From assembly GCF_945873775.1 (NCBI RefSeq), contig NZ_CAMCEC010000005.1, positions 63,770-127,769 on the forward strand: a stretch of 64,000 nucleotides of DNA, in the 5' to 3' direction. The stretch is from an uncultured Treponema sp. Lineage in GTDB: Bacteria > Spirochaetota > Spirochaetia > Treponematales > Treponemataceae. Under the pieces are notes generated by a model that searched no databases, was not told the DNA's origin, and was given only the letters and a program-made list of their open reading frames with translations. Positions 58,924 to 64,000 of this stretch are shown piece after piece (position 1 is the first letter of the stretch; every line of letters starts with the position of its first letter). The translations under genes and the position numbers were made by a program.

Positions 58924-61590
58924 TTACTTTGCCACGATGTTTACAAGCTTGTCTTTTACAACAATGACTTTTGCAATTGTCTTTCCGTCAGTGAACTTTT
59001 TATAGCCTTCTGTCTGGGCTGCCAGGTTTTTGAGTGTTTCATCGTCTGTTCCCGGAGCGGCTTCAAACTTGTCGCGGAGCTTTCCGTTTATCATTACAAC
59101 AATCTGAATGCTGTCTTCCTTGCAGAATTCCTCGCTGAATGAAGGCCATTTTTCGTAAGCCACAGTTTTTGTTCCGCCAAGTTTCTGCCAAAGCTCTTCG
59201 CCAAGGTGGGGAGCATACGGGCTAAGAATAAGAACAAAGTCTTTCCACATTTCTTTTGGAAGAGAATTGAACTTTGAAGCTTCGTTTATAAAAATCATCA
59301 TCTGGCTGATTGCAGTGTTGAAGCTGAGCGAAGAAGTGTCTTCTGTAACTTTTTTGATTGTCTGGGCGAAAGTTTTTCTGAGCACAACGAGGGCTTTGTC
59401 TTCAAGCTTGCCTTTTATGTCGATGTCGTCCATTGGCTTTTCGCTGATGTTCCAAACTTTTTCAAGGAAGCGGTTTATTCCTACAAGTCCCTGTGTGTTC
59501 CACGGCTTAGAAACAGTGAGCGGTCCCATGAACATTTCGTACATACGCACAGAATCTGCCCCGTACTTCTGAATCATTTCGTCTGGATTTACAACATTCT
59601 TGAGCGACTTGGACATCTTGGCGATAATCTGCTCAACCTGCTCGCCTGTCGCCTTTTCAAAATATTTTCCGTCTTTTTCTTCAACTTCATCAGTCGGAAC
59701 AAGGGTTTTGTTTTTGCGCTGGAATGCAAATGAAGTTATAAGTCCCTGATTGATAAGGCGATGGAACGGCTCTTTTGTTGAAACTGCTCCGATGTCATAA
59801 AGAACTTTGTGCCAGAATCTTGCGTACAAAAGGTGAAGAACAGCGTGTTCCGCTCCGCCCACATAAAGGTCAACAGGCATCCAGTATTCTTCTTTTTCTT
59901 TTGAGCAGAACTCCGAATTATTTTTTGGATCAAGGTAGCGAAGATAATACCAGCAAGAGCCGCCCCACTGAGGCATTGTGTTTGTCTCGCGCTTTGCCTT
60001 TCCGCCGCACTTAGGACAAGTCGTGTTAACCCAGGATTCTATTGCGGCAAGAGGGCTTTCTCCAGTTCCTGTTGGCTGATAAGATTTTACATCAGGAAGC
60101 TTTACAGGCAAATCTTTTTCCGGCACTGGAACGCATCCGCATTTTTCGCAGTGAACAAGAGGAATCGGTTCTCCCCAGTAACGCTGACGGCTGAAAATCC
60201 AGTCGCGGAGCTTGTAGTTTACAGTTGCCTTTCCGCATTTTTTTTCTTCAAGGAATTTTATCATTTCCTGGATTGCATCTTTTGTGCTTTTTCCTGTGAG
60301 AAATTCCGAGTTGATTGAATATCCGTCTTTTGCGGAAGTGCATTCGTTTGCCACGCAGAAAATTTCCGGGTGAGCGTCAGCAAGCTTTTTGTATTCCTCT
60401 GGATTTTTTGAAGCAGCCTGCAAAAGTTCCGCGCCTTTCTTTTCGTCTCCGCCTCCAAGAGAAACAACATCTTCTTTTGTCGCAATTACTTTTATAATCG
60501 GAAGATTGAACTTCTTTGCAAAATCCCAGTCGCGCTCATCGTGCGCAGGAACAGCCATAATTGCGCCAGTTCCGTAAGAAGTCAAAACGTAATCAGAAAT
60601 CCAGATTGGAACTTTAGCTCCGTTTACAGGATCAATTCCGTAGCTTCCTGTAAAGACGCCGGTTTTGTTCTTATTCAAGTCAGTACGCTCAAGGTCGGAT
60701 TTTTTTGCGGCTTCTTCAACATAAGCTTCAACTGCCGCTTTCTGTTCTGGAGTTGTGAGTTCCTTGAGCATTTTGTGTTCCGGCGACATTACCATGTAAG
60801 TGCAGCCAAAAAGCGTGTCGGCTCTTGTTGTGTAAACTTTCAGATATTTTCCGCTTCCGTTTCCGTCTTTGTCTGCAACTTCGAATTCAACTTCCGCGCC
60901 GCAAGATTTTCCAATCCAGTTTTTCTGCATGAGCTTTACACTTTCCGGCCAGTCAAGCAAATCAAGATCTTCAAGAAGACGTTCTGCGTAATCGGTGATT
61001 TTTAAAATCCACTGGCGGATTGTCTTGCGTGTTACAACTGCGCCGCATCTTTCGCACTTGCCTTCTTTTACTTCCTCGTTTGCAAGACCGGTAAGGCAGG
61101 AAGGACACCAGTTGATTGGAGTTGCAGCTTCATACGCCAAGCCCTTTTTGTAAAGCTGAAGGAAAATCCACTGAGTCCACTTGTAATATTCCGGGTCGCA
61201 AGTTGAAACGCATCTGTCCCAGTCGTAGCTGAATCCAAGAGCTTTTATCTGGCGTGTAAAATTTGCAATGTTAGCGTTTGTTGTAATTGAAGGATGAGTT
61301 CCAGTTTTTATCGCATAGTTTTCAGCAGGAAGCCCGAACGAATCGTATCCCATCGGATGCAAAACATTGTAGCCATTCATGCGCAAATAGCGGCTGTAAA
61401 TATCTGTGGCTGTGTAGCCTTCCGGGTGTCCTACGTGAAGTCCCGCTCCGCTTGGATAAGGGAACATATCAAGAATATATCTGCGTTTTTCTTTTGGAAA
61501 TGATTTGTCTTCTTCTACGCGGAAAGTTTTGTTTTCTTCCCAGTACTTCTGCCATTTTACTTCAATATTTTGAAAAGGATAGTTAGACAT
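58924..61590 (-). CDS. leuS: Leucine--tRNA ligase
   Basis: [14 protein letters not shown], editing domain [12 protein letters not shown], and KMSKS motifs. Confidence 0.97.
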   Translation of the reverse strand: MSNYPFQNIEVKWQKYWEENKTFRVEEDKSFPKEKRRYILDMFPYPSGAGLHVGHPEGYTATDIYSRYLRMNGYNVLHPMGYDSFGLPAENYAIKTGTHPSITTNANIANFTRQIKALGFSYDWDRCVSTCDPEYYKWTQWIFLQLYKKGLAYEAATPINWCPSCLTGLANEEVKEGKCERCGAVVTRKTIRQWILKITDYAERLLEDLDLLDWPESVKLMQKNWIGKSCGAEVEFEVADKDGNGSGKYLKVYTTRADTLFGCTYMVMSPEHKMLKELTTPEQKAAVEAYVEEAAKKSDLERTDLNKNKTGVFTGSYGIDPVNGAKVPIWISDYVLTSYGTGAIMAVPAHDERDWDFAKKFNLPIIKVIATKEDVVSLGGGDEKKGAELLQAASKNPEEYKKLADAHPEIFCVANECTSAKDGYSINSEFLTGKSTKDAIQEMIKFLEEKKCGKATVNYKLRDWIFSRQRYWGEPIPLVHCEKCGCVPVPEKDLPVKLPDVKSYQPTGTGESPLAAIESWVNTTCPKCGGKAKRETNTMPQWGGSCWYYLRYLDPKNNSEFCSKEKEEYWMPVDLYVGGAEHAVLHLLYARFWHKVLYDIGAVSTKEPFHRLINQGLITSFAFQRKNKTLVPTDEVEEKDGKYFEKATGEQVEQIIAKMSKSLKNVVNPDEMIQKYGADSVRMYEMFMGPLTVSKPWNTQGLVGINRFLEKVWNISEKPMDDIDIKGKLEDKALVVLRKTFAQTIKKVTEDTSSLSFNTAISQMMIFINEASKFNSLPKEMWKDFVLILSPYAPHLGEELWQKLGGTKTVAYEKWPSFSEEFCKEDSIQIVVMINGKLRDKFEAAPGTDDETLKNLAAQTEGYKKFTDGKTIAKVIVVKDKLVNIVAK

Positions 61591-61726
61591 AAAAAGCCTC
61601 TGTAAAAAATGATGTGGCAGTATTATAGAATAAACAAAAAATATTTTCTATGGGATTTGAAATTTCAAATTTTGAAAAAACAAAAAAATGCCTGGCAAAA
61701 ACCAGACAATAAATTAAAACCGAAAA

Positions 61727-62169
61727 TTACGCTTGAATTATTTTTTCATAAAACTCAACTGCTTTTTTCAAGTCGTCTTCCGTAGGACAATTTTTATTTA
61801 TTCCGCCCACAACTTTAAACGGCCCGTAAGTGTCAAATCCTTTGCAGAAATAAGAGCCAAGACATTTGCAGTTTTTGGACTCCGCAATTTTCTTAACAGA
61901 ATCCGCATGAGATTCGCGCGGACTTCCAGCAGTAAAAATAAAAAACACTTTTTTGTTTTCCGGCAAAAAATCAGAAGTTCTTTCAAGAATATTTTTGTAA
62001 AACTTTCCAAATGAAATTCCAGACGCAATTCCGATAAAATCAAATTCGTCAAGAGATGGAATTTCATCTTTGATATTAAAAAGCTGAACGTCAAATTTTT
62101 TCGCAATGGCATCGCAAATTTTTTTGTGTTTCCGTGGTGAGTTGATTCATAAACAATCGCAGTTTTCAT
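61727..62169 (-). pseudogene. Flavodoxin-family protein frameshifted at an A7 tract
   Basis: MKTAIVYESTHHGNTKK start; adding one A at 62119-62125 gives a continuous flavodoxin ending KGFDTYGPFKVVGGINK. Confidence 0.75.
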
Positions 62170-62237
62170 TTCTTTATCCTTTTAAATTTTAAGTATAAAA
62201 AATAAATTAGTAAAAAAATATTCAAAATGCAACTTTT

Positions 62238-62750
62238 CTATTTTAATTCCGCACGCCAAATTTCTGCAAGTTTTTCAAGGGAAAATGAAGCATTGGCAGG
62301 ACTTGTGGAAGGAAGAGGTTTCAGCATGGAGCACAAATTTTCATCCTGATATTTTAGAAAATATTTTGCGGCAGTTTTTCCATTTGCAAGAATTTTTTTG
62401 ACCTTGGAATTTTCAACAATCGATTTTATGTCGGAAGGAACAACGTTTCGGATTGAACTGTCAGATGAGCCGCAAATCGTACACTCTTTGATTGAATCGT
62501 AAACTGCGATTTTATTTCGCCTTAAAAAATTTTTCTTTTCTTCTGTAGACTTCGGAAGTTCCTCGCAAAAAATAAGAGCAAGCATTTTCCAAAAACGGTT
62601 CTGCGGATGTCCGTAGTAAAATCCGTTTTCACGCGACTTTACAGAAGGAAGAGTGCCCACAATAAGAACGCGTGAATCTTCGCAAAAAAACGGACTGAAC
62701 GGATGCACGATATGTTCTGGAACAAAAATATTTTTCTGCATAAAATTCAT
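62238..62750 (-). CDS. Uracil-DNA-glycosylase-superfamily protein (hypoxanthine/deoxyinosine glycosylase-like)
   Basis: LIVGTLPS..S....FYYGHPQNRFW...NG...LPSTSPAN. Confidence 0.85.
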   Translation of the reverse strand: MNFMQKNIFVPEHIVHPFSPFFCEDSRVLIVGTLPSVKSRENGFYYGHPQNRFWKMLALIFCEELPKSTEEKKNFLRRNKIAVYDSIKECTICGSSDSSIRNVVPSDIKSIVENSKVKKILANGKTAAKYFLKYQDENLCSMLKPLPSTSPANASFSLEKLAEIWRAELK

Positions 62751-62878
62751 TTTCTCAGTTTTGTTTTTGATTTATGATAAACACGGACTCGTCATCAAGT
62801 CAATGAAAAATTTTATGGAAGTTGCGGAACTGATTTTTTCATTCTATAATTTTCGAACTTGAAAGAAGAACAAATAAA

Positions 62879-63679
62879 ATGAAAATCAAAATAGGAAACT
62901 TTGACTGCACGGAATGTTGGGACGGTGTTTTTTACAAGAAACTTTCGGCATTTCCAAAAATAACGGACTGGGAAATTCAGACGGTTCTGGATTTTATCGC
63001 CTACGAAAAACTTTACGGCCGCGAATGTAAAATCAAAGCAAGCGATGAAATTCTTTCGCAAATCGAGCAGTTCAAATCACAAAACAAAACGCGGATTTCA
63101 GCTCAGGCGAAAATCACCGAATGTACCGCCTGCCCCACTTACAAAGGCTGCATGACCGATTTTGTCTGCCACACTTCTCCTGTGGAAAATGCTGTGAAAA
63201 TCTTGGACTGCGGCTCGCTTCTTTCGCCGGTAAAAACTCGGAAAATGAGCGGCGCGGAACTTGCAAAGGAAGTACGAAACGCGGCAAAAGACCCGGCGGA
63301 TTATTTTGAATACATCATGTTCGCTTGGGGAAACTGTCAGGCTGGCGATCGACTTGTAATGGAACGCAAGTTGAAGCGGTTTCCCAACGAAAAGGACTTG
63401 AGCGAGGATTTTACTCCCGGCGTAAGATTTTTCTTTGACTACAAAAAGCTCTGCACGCATCCAAATGCGGTTTTTGAAGGCGTTCTTCCGCTCAAAATTA
63501 AAGATGAAGTGATTTTAAAAGACTGGATTCACGCAATTGTTGTGCCGGAAAACGAATGCGCCGCTTTGGAAAAACACATTCCGCAGAATCTTGCGCAAAA
63601 AGTTCACTTTGTAGAAAACGACTGCAAGGACATTTGGGCTTGGTCTGAAAAAGTGTACGAATTCATAAAGAAGATTTGA
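62879..63679 (+). CDS. Conserved hypothetical protein with an ART-like H-x-S...IL..G.L.S motif
   Basis: 266-aa ORF with an AAGAAG upstream region; CxxCxxxxxC followed by CHTSPVENAVKILDCGSLLSP. Confidence 0.65.
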   Translation: MKIKIGNFDCTECWDGVFYKKLSAFPKITDWEIQTVLDFIAYEKLYGRECKIKASDEILSQIEQFKSQNKTRISAQAKITECTACPTYKGCMTDFVCHTSPVENAVKILDCGSLLSPVKTRKMSGAELAKEVRNAAKDPADYFEYIMFAWGNCQAGDRLVMERKLKRFPNEKDLSEDFTPGVRFFFDYKKLCTHPNAVFEGVLPLKIKDEVILKDWIHAIVVPENECAALEKHIPQNLAQKVHFVENDCKDIWAWSEKVYEFIKKI

Positions 63680-63700
63680 TTTTATACTAACAAAACTCAT

Positions 63701-63790
63701 GTCATTATCCAGCTTTAGTTGCGATGTTTGCATAGCAAACTCGGTTGATAATCTTCTTTTACAGATTCCCCGATCAAGTCGTGGAATGAC
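63701..63790. repeat. Inverted pair of GTCATT-type palindromic repeats
   Basis: GTCATTATCCAGC...GCGATGTTTGCATAGCAAACTCGGTT..AATCT and AGATTCCCCGATCAAGTCGTGGAATGAC (63763-63790). Confidence 0.75.
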
Positions 63791-63809
63791 AACTTCACAA
63801 GGAGAAAAA

Positions 63810-64000
63810 ATGACGAACAAACTTTTACAGAATCTTGAAAAACTTCATACAACGGAGCTCGGTGCTGTCCGCATAAAACGGAATCTCGGGCTAAAAACCG
63901 GCGATGTTATTGGTTGGTGCAAAAACGCAATCCTTGAGGCGGCAAAAAACATTGAAAATAAAAAATCCGGCAAAAATGGCGAAAATAGCAGGAAATCCGA
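63810..64000 (+). CDS. DUF3781-like protein, partial (runs off the window)
   Basis: AAGGAG RBS; MTNKLLQNLEKLHTTELGAVRIKRNLGLKTGDVIGWCKN. Confidence 0.65.
   Translation, partial: MTNKLLQNLEKLHTTELGAVRIKRNLGLKTGDVIGWCKNAILEAAKNIENKKSGKNGENSRKS

Noticed and set aside
69-63820. Many short or antisense ORFs in the track (e.g. 23834-24553, 34702-35580, 37352-37867, 55201-55532, 63515-63820)
   Set aside because: They are shadows of well-supported genes, or overlap structured or repeat DNA, and have no motifs or RBS.
1-64000. tRNA, rRNA, IS transposase or integrase genes
   Set aside because: None was recognised on either strand.

Overview
Genomic DNA of an AT-rich spirochaete, most likely Treponema (grpE-dnaK-dnaJ followed by SpoIIE/STAS/D,D-carboxypeptidase genes, Treponema-type conserved proteins). 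Bases 1-10200 are an accessory, defence-like island. It carries a UvrD helicase fused to an Fe-S RecB/Cas4-type nuclease, operonic with type III R-M mod and res. Both R-M genes are frameshifted at homopolymers, and mod also carries palindromic-repeat insertions and an AT-rich target-recognition segment. The island also holds an XRE regulator, a DUF3791-DUF3990-DUF3791 module (ADP-ribosyltransferase-like), an XRE-ImmA/IrrE pair and an HU-like/DUF4469 gene with a structured leader. The remainder is mostly housekeeping: nudC, PGM/PMM, rpsU, addAB, MCP, COG0523, pth, mazG, clpP, ftsH, a sugar ABC transporter, dnaK operon, gltA, argS, wecA-like, mrp, dus, CDF and leuS. The best non-coding signals are a 217-nt rod-shaped 6S-like RNA candidate (55176-55392), a G11 tract at the translation start of the wecA-like gene, two non-coding periodic arrays (21-bp and 20-bp), and a dispersed GTCATT...AATC palindromic (REP-like) repeat family. 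All calls come from motif reading by eye, with no database searches. The homopolymer frameshifts could be sequencing errors.
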